From: an uncultured Alphaproteobacteria bacterium
GTDB lineage: Bacteria > Pseudomonadota > Alphaproteobacteria > RF32 > CAG-239
NCBI GenBank assembly: GCA_944392235.1
Contig: CALXVZ010000001.1
Coordinates: forward strand, 19,059 to 83,058
DNA: 64,000 nt
Direction: 5' to 3'
The translations under genes were made by a program, and so were the position numbers. This document shows positions 1-9,784 of this stretch, piece by piece; the stretch's first letter is position 1; the number at the start of each line of letters is the position of its first letter. The notes under the pieces were generated by a model, which worked only from the letters and a program-made list of their open reading frames with translations, ran no database searches and was not told where the DNA came from.

Positions 1-1
1 G

Positions 2-109
2 GAAATAGCTTCTCTTGGTTTTGATATCACTACTGTTAAACGAGTGCATCATCTGGTGCAATGTTCCGCTTTTAAACGTAAACAAATGGCTGATGCTATT
101 GCTTTATAA
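2..109 (+). CDS. 3' end of a CDS truncated by the window start; the tail resembles the C-terminus of NAD+ synthetase (NadE)
   Basis: Frame 2 reads ...EIASLGFDITTVKRVHHLVQCSAFKRKQMADAIAL* and is followed by a hairpin terminator. The 'v.R....sE/AfKR.q' pattern recalls NadE C-termini. Only 35 codons are visible. Confidence 0.3.
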   Translation, partial: EIASLGFDITTVKRVHHLVQCSAFKRKQMADAIAL

Positions 110-128
110 AATCATCTACTTCACACAC

Positions 129-164
129 AAAAAAGCACCTCCAGCTTCTAGAGGTGTTTTTTTA
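129..164. terminator. Bidirectional intrinsic terminator between convergent genes
   Basis: Stem cacctc (136-141) / gaggtg (151-156), with an A-run upstream and a T-run downstream. Confidence 0.6.
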
Positions 165-180
165 TTTTCATGGTTTCTTC

Positions 181-1029
181 TTATTTTATTTCATCTTTCA
201 ATATTTTTAGAGCTTTTATTCCGTTTGGAAATCCAACATATGGCATACACTGAATAATTGCTGCGGCTACTTCTTCCTCTGTATTCCCTGCTTTTAGGCT
301 TCCTTTTATATGGCTTGACAGTGTGTCCCAATTTCCGGCTGTCATTAATATTCCTATGGTCAACAATTCTCTTGTTTTCATATCAAGAACTCCTCTGGTG
401 CAAAAATCTCCAAAATACACTTCGGTTAGCAATCTTGATGCTTCATCTCCCATATTCTCTGGAAGTCCTGCCAATGCTTCTTTTATTTCTGTTCCATACA
501 AAGGTTCTTGTAATTCTCTTCCCTTTTCTTGTCTATCTTCTTCGGTTACCTTACTTTGTTTTTCCAATGGTAATTTTATTCCATTTTCTGTAAATACTTC
601 ATTTATTGTGCTAATCGCATTTAATGTTTTCGGAAATCCTATAAACGGAGCACATTGATATACTGCTTCTCTTAACTCTAGTGGTGTTACACCTACATTT
701 AATGCGGCTTGGGTATGTGCTTTTAGCTGAGGCAAAGTCTGCTGAGTGCTCAATGATACTACTGTCAACATTTCCCTTGTTTTCATATCTAAATTTCCTA
801 TTGTGAAAACTTCTCCAAAAATATATTTCTGCAAAATTTGCATCATTTCCGGATCATTCCCCGTCTCTGTCAGTGCTTCACCTTTAAATAATGTGCGAAA
901 ATTTCTTTTGCATAATTCTGTTCTGCTCATATCTCTTTCTCCCTTATTTTGTGCTTCTACCTCGTTTGATGTTGCAAATAATAGCATTATACTTAATAAA
1001 GCTCTTAATATTACTCCTTTCTTATGCAT
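181..1029 (-). CDS. Carboxymuconolactone decarboxylase (CMD/AhpD-like) family protein with two tandem CMD domains and an N-terminal signal peptide
   Basis: Two copies of the CMD pattern are present: ...LDMKTREMLTVVSLSTQQTLPQLKAHTQAALNVGVTPLELREAVYQCAPFIGFP... and ...LDMKTRELLTIGILMTAGNWDTLSSHIKGSLKAGNTEEEVAAAIIQCMPYVGFP.... The N-terminus MHKKGVILRALLSIMLLFATSNEVEA-Q looks Sec-cleavable. Confidence 0.8.
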   Translation of the reverse strand: MHKKGVILRALLSIMLLFATSNEVEAQNKGERDMSRTELCKRNFRTLFKGEALTETGNDPEMMQILQKYIFGEVFTIGNLDMKTREMLTVVSLSTQQTLPQLKAHTQAALNVGVTPLELREAVYQCAPFIGFPKTLNAISTINEVFTENGIKLPLEKQSKVTEEDRQEKGRELQEPLYGTEIKEALAGLPENMGDEASRLLTEVYFGDFCTRGVLDMKTRELLTIGILMTAGNWDTLSSHIKGSLKAGNTEEEVAAAIIQCMPYVGFPNGIKALKILKDEIK

Positions 1030-1507
1030 CTTTCTCTCCTACTTTGTTTTTAATGATAGCAACGATTTTATCTTCATCTTCTTTTGATAAAATTCCATAT
1101 AAAGGCACTGCAAACGCTGTAAATTCTCCGTTATGCTTTTGCAAGAAATTATAATGATATTCTATATCTGTTTTAGGTTTTAGTATCATTACTTTATATT
1201 TTTGAAAGCAGCAATGAACTTCTTTCTCTTCAATATTTGCAATATCTGACCATTTCAGTTTATTACTCATATCTAATTTGATACCCTCATCGTCAATCTC
1301 TACGGCTTTATGTTTTAAGACATATTTCCATATCCAACCAATCCATGACAATATACACAATCCTATCAAAATCTGTGTTTGTATCCAATACAATAAACAT
1401 ACGCATTTAAGTCCCCTATATATCAAGGTGATACTTAATGCTAAGTTCAAAATCATCCACCCATTTATCTTATTGAATTTATAATAAAAAACTTGTTTAT
1501 CTGTCAT
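1022..1507 (-). CDS. Hypothetical membrane protein (two N-terminal TM helices plus a soluble C-terminal domain)
   Basis: 161-aa ORF whose stop overlaps the start of the downstream CMD gene by 8 nt. It has hydrophobic segments at roughly residues 17-60. No family was recognised. Confidence 0.55.
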   Translation of the reverse strand: MTDKQVFYYKFNKINGWMILNLALSITLIYRGLKCVCLLYWIQTQILIGLCILSWIGWIWKYVLKHKAVEIDDEGIKLDMSNKLKWSDIANIEEKEVHCCFQKYKVMILKPKTDIEYHYNFLQKHNGEFTAFAVPLYGILSKEDEDKIVAIIKNKVGEKDA

Positions 1508-1648
1508 ATCTTTTCTCCTTTCTTAACGATTCTGTTTTTAGTCTAGTTCTTAGAGTTTGCTCTAAGTCAAGCTTTTTCTTATAATTTCTTTTGCTTGCTT
1601 CTTTATTTTTCTCTGCTATTCTTTATTTATTCTAAGGAGCTCTTGTAT

Positions 1649-2185
1649 ATGCTTTATTCTGATGTATATTCTTCACCGTTTGGTTCACTCTTTCTTGAAA
1701 GTGATGGGACTTCTCTTATCGGACTTAAAAATGATTATTGGAAGAAAAATTCTGCATCTCTTCATACAAATTATACCTCTGGCTCTCATCTTTCTTGCAT
1801 TGATTTAACAAAAAAATGGCTGGATATTTATTTTTCCGGACATGCTCCTGATTTTATCCCCCCACTCTTATTGTCCGGAACTAATTTTCAAAAAATGGTA
1901 TGGCAACTCTTATTACAAATTCCTTTTGGTAAACTTGCTACATATGGAGATATTGCTCATCAAATCATTAAACTGAAAAACTTAAAATCAATGTCTGCAC
2001 AAGCTGTAGGAGGCGCTGTCGGAGCTAATCCTATTGCCATTATTATTCCTTGTCATCGTGTTATCGGAAAAAATAATAATCTTGTTGGTTATAGAGGTGG
2101 CTTAAATTTAAAATATAACTTGTTGAAATTAGAGAAAATACCTGTCGAATCTCTTATCATGCCTAAAATAAGCCCTTTCCTCTAA
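1649..2185 (+). CDS. ogt: Methylated-DNA--protein-cysteine methyltransferase (Ogt/MGMT)
   Basis: Active-site motif IPCHRVIGKNNNLVGYRGGL and the preceding ...ATYGDIAH...AQAVGGAVGANP.... I chose the internal Met (MLYSDVYSSPFG) as the start because the longer ORF adds a hydrophobic leader. Confidence 0.8.
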   Translation: MLYSDVYSSPFGSLFLESDGTSLIGLKNDYWKKNSASLHTNYTSGSHLSCIDLTKKWLDIYFSGHAPDFIPPLLLSGTNFQKMVWQLLLQIPFGKLATYGDIAHQIIKLKNLKSMSAQAVGGAVGANPIAIIIPCHRVIGKNNNLVGYRGGLNLKYNLLKLEKIPVESLIMPKISPFL

Positions 2186-2243
2186 TCTTTCTTGATGCCT
2201 TTGATAAAACATCATATTTATATATATACTTTTAAAAGAGTTA

Positions 2244-2272
2244 TTGACATATGCAAATATCTATTATACATT
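2244..2272 (+). promoter_or_regulatory. Candidate sigma-70 promoter for the CNNM/CorC gene
   Basis: TTGACA (2244-2249), 17-nt spacer, TACATT (2267-2272), about 45 nt upstream of the ATG. Confidence 0.35.
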
Positions 2273-2316
2273 GGGGCGTATGTTTAATGTATTTGAGGTA
2301 GTTCAAAAATAATCAC

Positions 2317-3648
2317 ATGAGTCCCATTTATGGCTATGTTTTTAATTTATTTTTAGTTTTAGTTCTAGTTTTTTGTAATGCTTTTTTCGTTGTTTCTGAG
2401 TTTGCGATTGTAAAAATTCGTCGCACAAAACTTGAAGAATTAGCTCACGGAGGAAATAAATCTGCTAAAATAGCTCTCAAAATTAACGAACATATGAATA
2501 CTTATTTGAGTGCTATTCAACTTGGTATTACTCTTGCATCTCTTGGCTTAGGGTGGCTTGGTGAACCGGCTGTTTCTCGTTTACTCGAAGATTTGTTCTC
2601 TGGCTTCTTTGCTGATAATAAAATTTTATTGCACTCATTGAGCTTTGGTGTCGCTTTTACTTTTATTACTCTCTTACACGTTGTATTTGGTGAGTTAGTG
2701 CCTAAGTCTATGGCTATTCAAGATACCGAACGCTATGCCATGATTATTGCTAGACCGCTCTATACCTTTAATAAAATCTTTGCTCCTTTTATTTGGGTAT
2801 TCGACCATGTTACAATGTGGATACTTAAAATTATGGGAGTTAAACAAGCTGATGAAAATGAAGATGCTCACTCTGAAGAGGAAATTAAATTAATTATTGA
2901 TGCTTCTCAAAAAGGGGGCGTTATTGATGATACTGAGAGCGAAATTATTCAAAACGCTATCTGCTTTTCTGAAATTTCCGCTCACGAAATTATGATCCCT
3001 CGTCAGGAAATGAAATGTATCTATCAGAATAGCAGCTATAACGAAGTTATGGAATTTGTTAAACAACATAAACATACGCGTTTTCCTCTTTGTAATGGTG
3101 ACAAAGATCAAATTATCGGTATGATACATATTCGTGATTTGTTGGAATGCAAAAATACGCCTCATAAAGATGTCTTAAGCAAAATTGTTAGAAATATTTT
3201 GTTTGTTCCAGAGAATAAGTCCATTTCCGAGATATTGCATGAGATGATGAAAAAAAGAATTCATTTGGCTGTTGTTGTTGATGAATATGGTGGAACTGCA
3301 GGTCTGGTTTCTATGGAAGATATTTTGGAAGAGCTTGTTGGTGATATTCAAGATGAACATGATGAAATTACCGATATACCAGTAAAGAAAATTGATGAGC
3401 GTGTTTGTGAATTTGATGGACTTTATCTTGTCGAAGATGCTTATGATTGCTTAGAACTTCCTTATTGCGAACATGAAGAAAGCACAATGGGTGGATATGT
3501 CTTTAATCTTTTAGGGCGCGAACCCGTTGCTGGAGATAAAACAGAAGATGATTATTGTTTCTATGAAGTTCTTGAAGTCGATAATATGCGTATTACACGT
3601 GTTAAAGCTACTGTTAAAGAAACTTGTGCAATGATTAGTGCGGAATAG
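2317..3648 (+). CDS. Hemolysin-family / CNNM (DUF21)-CBS-CorC_HlyC transporter-associated protein
   Basis: N-terminal 4-TM DUF21 region (VVSEFAIVKIRRTKLEEL..., LGITLASLGLGWLGEP, GELVPKS), a CBS pair (IMIPRQEM..., RIHLAVVVDEYGGTAGLVSMEDILEELVGDIQDEHD) and a C-terminal CorC_HlyC-like domain. Confidence 0.85.
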   Translation: MSPIYGYVFNLFLVLVLVFCNAFFVVSEFAIVKIRRTKLEELAHGGNKSAKIALKINEHMNTYLSAIQLGITLASLGLGWLGEPAVSRLLEDLFSGFFADNKILLHSLSFGVAFTFITLLHVVFGELVPKSMAIQDTERYAMIIARPLYTFNKIFAPFIWVFDHVTMWILKIMGVKQADENEDAHSEEEIKLIIDASQKGGVIDDTESEIIQNAICFSEISAHEIMIPRQEMKCIYQNSSYNEVMEFVKQHKHTRFPLCNGDKDQIIGMIHIRDLLECKNTPHKDVLSKIVRNILFVPENKSISEILHEMMKKRIHLAVVVDEYGGTAGLVSMEDILEELVGDIQDEHDEITDIPVKKIDERVCEFDGLYLVEDAYDCLELPYCEHEESTMGGYVFNLLGREPVAGDKTEDDYCFYEVLEVDNMRITRVKATVKETCAMISAE

Positions 3649-3676
3649 TTTCTTTTCATCAAACCATATTAAAAAA

Positions 3677-3698
3677 GCATCTTTATGATGCTTTTTTT
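3677..3698 (+). terminator. Intrinsic terminator after the CNNM/CorC gene
   Basis: gcatc / gatgc stem followed by T7. Confidence 0.6.
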
Positions 3699-3976
3699 AT
3701 TTCTTTACTTTCAACTGAGTTTATTTAAAATTGGATGCCTTGATAGTTCATCTACTCACTATTAGCTGCGAATAGCGATTTTTGTAGGGAATTCATATAT
3801 ACTGTTTTATCTAAAGATATCTATATCCATAATAATTTATACCTGTTCTTAAATTTCTACATATATATTTCTTAGTTGTATTGGCTTTGTTTATATTTAA
3901 TAGCAGGAATATCTTATAAAGATAAAAACTTGTAATATTAATGTTTCTCCCTCTTTTTAATATTTTTCTATTTATA

Positions 3977-4004
3977 CAAAAAAAGCAGGAATTCAAATCC
4001 TGCT
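3977..4004 (-). terminator. Intrinsic terminator after the 202-aa gene
   Basis: On the minus strand: gcagga-tttgaat-tcctgc followed by T-run (ttttttt). Confidence 0.6.
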
Positions 4005-4027
4005 CTTACTTTGATTAATATCAAAAT

Positions 4028-4636
4028 TTATTCTGGTAATAATGCTTCTTTATATTCTATAAACGGGTCTTCCTGACTTGATATAATCGTCAGACTGCCA
4101 TCATTATTCTTATTTTTCTTATCTATCTTATTATATGAATATTTATCAAAATCATTCAAATCAGCTTGCTGAACACCATTCATATATATATTTCTTATGG
4201 TTACCATTCCCGGTTCTGATCCAAAGTCTATTCTTACTCTATAAACCTTATCAGATGGAATAACAACGTTATATTTATGCATACCTTCTTTACCAGCTAC
4301 ATCTACAACATGTGATGCATCAAACCATATCTCCCTTTCTACTGTATAAAAAATCTGATAATCAAATGCTTTATCTGCAGTTGCTTCAAATGTCAAAACT
4401 GCATTTTCCGGCTCAATCTTTATAATCTTCTTTTCCTCTTTCGATTGAACTTTATCTTCAGTTTTTGATAACTTGCCAGTATCTTGTATTTGCTGCTTTT
4501 CTACTATTGGAGCTTTTTCTATTACTTTCTCCTTCTTCTCTGAAGCAACAGATATTAACATTATTACTGCAACTAAGGCAATAATTGCTGCTACTATATA
4601 TTGCTTTTTATTTGTTTTTTTCTCATTTTCTTCCAT
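4028..4636 (-). CDS. Hypothetical membrane-anchored protein (N-terminal TM, K/E-rich linker, beta-rich C-terminal domain)
   Basis: 202-aa ORF with a TM segment IVAAIIALVAVIMLISVA and its own terminator. No family was recognised. Confidence 0.55.
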   Translation of the reverse strand: MEENEKKTNKKQYIVAAIIALVAVIMLISVASEKKEKVIEKAPIVEKQQIQDTGKLSKTEDKVQSKEEKKIIKIEPENAVLTFEATADKAFDYQIFYTVEREIWFDASHVVDVAGKEGMHKYNVVIPSDKVYRVRIDFGSEPGMVTIRNIYMNGVQQADLNDFDKYSYNKIDKKNKNNDGSLTIISSQEDPFIEYKEALLPE

Positions 4637-4705
4637 GGCTTTCCCCCTTTATTATAACAACTTCTTTATCCTAGATAGAAAATATATTATTTGCAACATT
4701 TTTCT

Positions 4706-4748
4706 AGGGGCATCTTCTTCAAGACTCTCCAAAGATGCCCCTTTTCTT
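4706..4748. terminator. Long hairpin directly downstream of the pyrG stop (possible terminator)
   Basis: aggggcatctt (4706-4716) pairs with aagatgcccct (4732-4742). The T-rich tail lies on the + strand only, so its function for pyrG on the minus strand is uncertain. Confidence 0.4.
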
Positions 4749-4750
4749 CT

Positions 4751-6394
4751 TTATACCAATCTACTCTGCTCTATTGCTGCTTTTACAAAACCGACAAATA
4801 GTGGATGTGGAGCAATTGGTTTTGACTTCAATTCAGGATGGAACTGAACCCCTATAAACCACGGATGATCAGGTCTCTCTACTATTTCTGGAAGCTTCCC
4901 ATCTGGTGATGTACCCGATATTATCATACCGCCTTTCTCTAGTTGTTCTTTATATTTTATATTAACTTCGTATCTATGACGATGGCGTTCTGAAATATGT
5001 TCACAACCATATATTTCTGCTACTTTGGAGCCTTTATTCAATACTGCTTCATATGCTCCTAAACGCATTGTCCCTCCTAAATCTCCATCTTTGTGACGAA
5101 TCTGTTTTGCGCCATCTTTATCCCATTCGGTCATCAAACCAACAACAGCTTCACAATTTTCATCTAATTCTGTTGTATTGGCATTCTTAACGCCTAATAC
5201 ATTACGCATTGTTTCAATTACGGCCATTTGCATTCCGAAACATATTCCTAAAAATGGAATCTTATGTTCTCTTGCATATTTTACTGCCGCAATTTTGCCT
5301 GCCGTGCCTCGTGAGCCAAATCCTCCTGGAACTAAAATTCCACTTACATCTGATAATATTGTATCAACATCACTATGTTCTAGGTCTTCGGAATCTATCC
5401 ATTTTATTCTGACTTTATACTTATTTGCTATACCTCCATGAGTCAAAGCTTCGCTTAATGATTTATATGCTTCAAGTAATTTTACATATTTTCCAACAAC
5501 GGCAATTTTTACTTCTCCTTCGGGGGCTTTTAATGTTTCTACAATCTTTTCCCATCGACTTAAATCTGCATCCGGGCAATGCAACTTAAAATGATCACAT
5601 ACGGCTTTATCCATTCCTTCTTTAGAATAAGCTAATGGAACTTGGTATATATTACTTACATCTAATGCCTGAATTACGTTACTTTCTTTGATATTGCAGA
5701 ATAAAGCTATTTTTTTACGTTCATTTTCTGGAATCGGCATTTGGGAACGACACAATAACATATCCGGCTGAATTCCATATTCCTGCAATTTTTTAACAGA
5801 GTGTTGAGTTGGTTTGGTTTTTAATTCTCCCGCTGTCGGAATATATGGCAATAATGTTAAATGTAGGAACATTGTTCTTTCACGTCCTAAATCATAAGCT
5901 AATTGGCGAATCGCCTCTAAATATGGCTGACCTTCAATATCGCCAACCGTTCCACCAATCTCACATAAAACAAAATCTTCATCTTCCAAATCACTTACAA
6001 TAAAGTTTTTAATTTCATTTGTTACATGAGGTATAACTTGTATTGTTGAGCCTAAATAATCACCATGACGTTCTTTATCTATTACTCTTTGATATATTTT
6101 TCCTGTTGTTGTGCTGTCACTTCTTTTAGCTGATACACCAGAAAATCTTTCATAATGTCCTAAATCTAAATCCGCCTCTGTGCCATCATCTGTTACAAAA
6201 ACTTCTCCGTGTTGAAATGGACTCATTGTTCCGGGATCTACATTAAGATACGGATCTAATTTACGCAATCTTACCTTAAAACCTCGACATTGTAAAATTG
6301 ATGCCAGCGATGCTGATGCTAATCCTTTTCCTAATGAAGATACAACTCCGCCTGTTATAAAAATAAATTTTGTTTTTGGATTTAATTCAGACAT
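4751..6394 (-). CDS. pyrG: CTP synthase
   Basis: 547 aa. N-terminus [22 protein letters not shown]. GATase domain with LGICFGMQ and HRHRYEVN. Confidence 0.97.
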   Translation of the reverse strand: MSELNPKTKFIFITGGVVSSLGKGLASASLASILQCRGFKVRLRKLDPYLNVDPGTMSPFQHGEVFVTDDGTEADLDLGHYERFSGVSAKRSDSTTTGKIYQRVIDKERHGDYLGSTIQVIPHVTNEIKNFIVSDLEDEDFVLCEIGGTVGDIEGQPYLEAIRQLAYDLGRERTMFLHLTLLPYIPTAGELKTKPTQHSVKKLQEYGIQPDMLLCRSQMPIPENERKKIALFCNIKESNVIQALDVSNIYQVPLAYSKEGMDKAVCDHFKLHCPDADLSRWEKIVETLKAPEGEVKIAVVGKYVKLLEAYKSLSEALTHGGIANKYKVRIKWIDSEDLEHSDVDTILSDVSGILVPGGFGSRGTAGKIAAVKYAREHKIPFLGICFGMQMAVIETMRNVLGVKNANTTELDENCEAVVGLMTEWDKDGAKQIRHKDGDLGGTMRLGAYEAVLNKGSKVAEIYGCEHISERHRHRYEVNIKYKEQLEKGGMIISGTSPDGKLPEIVERPDHPWFIGVQFHPELKSKPIAPHPLFVGFVKAAIEQSRLV

Positions 6395-6424
6395 TTTCCT
6401 ATCCTTTTATTTAAGTTTTTGCAG

Positions 6425-6456
6425 TGAAAAAGGCACCTCCTTGAACAGGTGCCTTA
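6425..6456 (-). terminator. Intrinsic terminator after secG
   Basis: aaggcacct / aggtgcctt stem. On the minus strand it is followed by tttttc. Confidence 0.65.
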
Positions 6457-6479
6457 TTTTCTCATTCTAGTCCATTTTT

Positions 6480-6917
6480 CTATTCCGCCGCTGGAACATC
6501 TGGGGTTGCAGGAGCTTCCGTCGGTGTTGCAGAATTTGTTACCGGTGCTGTGGCTGCATTTTGTGCAGATTCAGCAGGATTTGCTGGTGTTTCTGCTTGC
6601 GTTGCAGCTGCATTTGGTACATCCGGAACACTTGGAACGGTTTGAACTAATGGTGCTACATCGGTAATTGATTCAGGTTTTCTGGTTTCTCCTTTGTAGT
6701 ATAAAGATAATAATATAGATGTAATAAAGAATATTGTTGCAAGAATCGCTGTTGTTCTTGTCATTAAATTTCCTTTACCACGAGCGGATAAAAAGCTATC
6801 AGCTCCATTTCCACCACCAAGTCCGCTTAATGCGTTACCTGAATTACGTTGCATTAAGATTAATATTACTAATAGCAACGCTACCATTAAATGTATAACT
6901 AACAATACTGATCCCAT
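6480..6917 (-). CDS. secG: Preprotein translocase subunit SecG with a long Pro/Ala/Thr-rich C-terminal tail
   Basis: MGSVLLVIHLMVALLLVILILMQRNSGNALSGLGGG...TRTTAILATIFFITSILLSL matches the SecG two-TM pattern. I placed the start at the internal Met so that it no longer overlaps the tpiA stop (6934). Confidence 0.85.
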   Translation of the reverse strand: MGSVLLVIHLMVALLLVILILMQRNSGNALSGLGGGNGADSFLSARGKGNLMTRTTAILATIFFITSILLSLYYKGETRKPESITDVAPLVQTVPSVPDVPNAAATQAETPANPAESAQNAATAPVTNSATPTEAPATPDVPAAE

Positions 6918-6933
6918 TTTTATTTCCTTTTTC

Positions 6934-7695
6934 TTATTGTTTACTTGCGTCACCTATAGCCATAAAATCAGCAACTTTTAAGCTTGCTCCACCGATCAAT
7001 CCGCCATCAACATCTGGCAATGCTAATAATTCTTTAGCATTTGTCGGTTTCATGCTACCGCCATACAACAGACGCATTTTATTTGAAATTGCTCTTCCTA
7101 ATTTCTTAGATACAACTTTACGAATTGCCGCATGAACTTCTTCTACTTCCGCTGCTGTTGGAGTTCTTCCTGTGCCGATTGCCCATACTGGTTCGTAAGC
7201 TATTACTGTGTTTTGTGCATTTGATATTTCCGGAACAGAGCCTTCAATTTGTGCTGTGCATACTGATATAGTCTTTCCCGCATCTTTTTCTGCTTCTGTT
7301 TCACCTATGCAGATAATTACTTTCAAACCAGCATTTATTGCTGCTTCTGCTTTTTTTCTAATCAATTCATTTGATTCATAGTGGTCTGTGCGACGTTCAG
7401 AATGCCCTACTATAACATATTGGCAACCTAAGTCTTTTAACATTAACGGACTGATATCTCCTGTGTGAGCACCCTTTTCTGCATAATGACAATCTTGGGC
7501 TCCAAGCATTACTTTTGATCCTTTAATTGCTTTCTTGACTGAGCTTAATAATGTAAATGGCGGACATACTAGGAATTCACAGTCTTTTCTTCCGGCCTTT
7601 TTTACTTCTTGTGCTATACCTTTTGCCAAAGATACGCCATCTTCCAAAAGACCATTCATTTTCCAGTTGCCGGCAATTAAAGTTTTTCTTACCAT
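6934..7695 (-). CDS. tpiA: Triosephosphate isomerase
   Basis: IAGNWKMNG, VIVGHSERR, AYEPVWAIGTG and LYGGSMKP motifs. Confidence 0.97.
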   Translation of the reverse strand: MVRKTLIAGNWKMNGLLEDGVSLAKGIAQEVKKAGRKDCEFLVCPPFTLLSSVKKAIKGSKVMLGAQDCHYAEKGAHTGDISPLMLKDLGCQYVIVGHSERRTDHYESNELIRKKAEAAINAGLKVIICIGETEAEKDAGKTISVCTAQIEGSVPEISNAQNTVIAYEPVWAIGTGRTPTAAEVEEVHAAIRKVVSKKLGRAISNKMRLLYGGSMKPTNAKELLALPDVDGGLIGGASLKVADFMAIGDASKQ

Positions 7696-7900
7696 CTTAA
7701 TTTATCCTCTTTTTCAAATTATAACTTTTTACTCTTTTATCACACACTTTTTTATTTTCCACATAAAAAGAGAAGTTGTTTACAAGAAATTATTTCCCCT
7801 TATTTAAAAAAAATATGAACATGTTTATATTTCAGATTGAATTAATTTTTTTGGGTTTTATAATGGCTCACAATTAAAGTATTTTTGGGATGGATAAAAA

Positions 7901-9784
7901 ATGATTAGTAAATTAGCTAAAGCTCATGATAGTTGGATTTTTAAAGTTATTTCAGTGGCTGTTGCCGTTAGTTTTATTTCACTTTTTGGTGTTACCGGCT
8001 ATATTAATAGTGCAAGCCAAAATCAAACCGTCGTTGATGTTGATGGTATTAAAACTTCTCAAAGTGAATTTTCTTATCGTTTGCAAAAAGAATTAAATGC
8101 TGTTAAAAAATTAACAAATGATGATTTTGAACTGACTGATGATATGAGAAACGCTCTTACTGAAGGTGTTTTGAAACAAATTATTGATGAAGGCGTTTTA
8201 GATAGAACTATGCTTGCTTATAATATCTATTTTCCAAAGGCTTTTATTCAACAAATTATTTTTACGCAACCGGAATTTGCTAATCCTCTTAACGGACAGT
8301 TTAACCCAGATATCTTTAAACGTTATCTCTCTACCTCCGGAATGAGCGAGGCTGAGTATGTTGCTATGGTTAAGAGAATTTTGGCTCAGAAAATGTTGAT
8401 TTCAGATCTTATTCAACCTTTCGCTGTTCCTGCTGTCTTATCCAAGGCAATTCATAAAATGGACAACCAACGCAAATCCTTTAAATATGTTTTAATTTCT
8501 CCTAATGATGTTAAAATTGAACGCAAAATTACTGATGATGAGGTTAATCAGTATTTTGAGGATTTTTCTGAAACATTTATGATCCCTGAAATGAGAAATG
8601 TTCAAATTCTTTTTGTTCCTAATTCTTTTGTTCTGAATAAATATGCTGCTACTGAAGATATGATTCAAGACTATTATAAACAACATGAAAAAGAATTTGA
8701 TTTACCTGAAAAACGTGAAGTTCAACAAATGGTATTTATGGATAAATCTCAGGCAGAAAAAGCTCTTAATGAGGTTCTTGCTGGACGTGATTTTGCTGAT
8801 ATTGCAAAAGAATTAAAAGCCGAAAATGCTGAAGAGCCTTCTCTTGGTCTTGTTGCTCAAGATGAGTTGGCTGATGATTTAGCTTACAATGCTTTTGAAA
8901 TGCCTCTCAACAAACCTGAATTGTTGCAGGTTGCAGATACATGGCAAGTTATTAGTATTAAACAAATTGTTCCTGCTCAAAAGAAAACTTTTGAAGATGT
9001 TAAGCAGCAAATAGTTGATACTTTAAGTGCTGAAAATCTTTATGATGCTTTAAGAGATGCAAGAGCTGATATTGATGATGCGATTAATGGTGGCAAATCT
9101 TTGGAAGATGTTGCTAAATCTCTTGGATTACAACTTGTTTCTGTTGCTGATATTCAAGAAAATGTGCCTGTCGCTAATTTGCCTGCTGATTTAAAATCTC
9201 TCTCCTCTTCTCTGGATTTGAATGAACTGACTTTCTCTTACGGTGTAGATGAGATTAGTTCTGCAGAAGAATTTGATGAAGGTATTGTTGTTCTTAAAGT
9301 TACTTCTATAATAGATACTCACCTTCCTGAAGTTGATGATGTTAAAGATAAAATTATTGAATTGTGGACAGTTCAAGAAAAGAATGCTTTGGCTAAAGAA
9401 ACTGCTGACAGTATTCTTGCTGATGCTGAAAATGGTTCTCAACTTCCTGATGTTGCAAAAGCTAGAAATCTTGAGGTATTCCGCTCTGAACCAATCAGTC
9501 GTAATGAAACTTTTGCTAACCTCACAGCTCAAGAAATTAGTGATTTATTCTTAGCTGCTAATGATGAAGTGCGTCTTTATGAACATCCAGGCAATAGCTT
9601 TGTTATTGTTACTCCTTTTGAAACAGTTAACTATGAAGATGAATTAGATAAGGAAGCTTTAGAAGCTGTTAAAAATCGCGCAATGATTTCTTTGGCTTCA
9701 GACATGATGAGAAGTGCTCTTGATGCTTATGCTGAAGGTTTGAAAATTACAATCGATTATAAACGTGCGGGATTTTCTGAATAA
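7901..9784 (+). CDS. ppiD: PpiD-type periplasmic chaperone / peptidyl-prolyl isomerase (SurA N-terminal domain protein)
   Basis: 627 aa with an N-terminal TM anchor and a central parvulin-like region (EKREVQQMVF...AGRDFADIAKEL). It sits next to tpiA, as in many alphaproteobacteria. Confidence 0.75.
   Translation: MISKLAKAHDSWIFKVISVAVAVSFISLFGVTGYINSASQNQTVVDVDGIKTSQSEFSYRLQKELNAVKKLTNDDFELTDDMRNALTEGVLKQIIDEGVLDRTMLAYNIYFPKAFIQQIIFTQPEFANPLNGQFNPDIFKRYLSTSGMSEAEYVAMVKRILAQKMLISDLIQPFAVPAVLSKAIHKMDNQRKSFKYVLISPNDVKIERKITDDEVNQYFEDFSETFMIPEMRNVQILFVPNSFVLNKYAATEDMIQDYYKQHEKEFDLPEKREVQQMVFMDKSQAEKALNEVLAGRDFADIAKELKAENAEEPSLGLVAQDELADDLAYNAFEMPLNKPELLQVADTWQVISIKQIVPAQKKTFEDVKQQIVDTLSAENLYDALRDARADIDDAINGGKSLEDVAKSLGLQLVSVADIQENVPVANLPADLKSLSSSLDLNELTFSYGVDEISSAEEFDEGIVVLKVTSIIDTHLPEVDDVKDKIIELWTVQEKNALAKETADSILADAENGSQLPDVAKARNLEVFRSEPISRNETFANLTAQEISDLFLAANDEVRLYEHPGNSFVIVTPFETVNYEDELDKEALEAVKNRAMISLASDMMRSALDAYAEGLKITIDYKRAGFSE

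Noticed and set aside
15-1154. Several + strand ORFs (15-257, 258-593, 323-658, 746-1087, 891-1154) opposite the CMD gene.
   Set aside because: They lie antisense to a well-supported CMD-family CDS. Their translations are Leu/Phe/Ser-rich low-complexity sequence, typical of shadow ORFs in AT-rich DNA. They have no motifs.
3811-3996. 61-aa minus-strand ORF in the 380-nt spacer after the CNNM/CorC gene.
   Set aside because: It has no RBS and highly biased composition. It also overlaps the terminator hairpin of the neighbouring gene.
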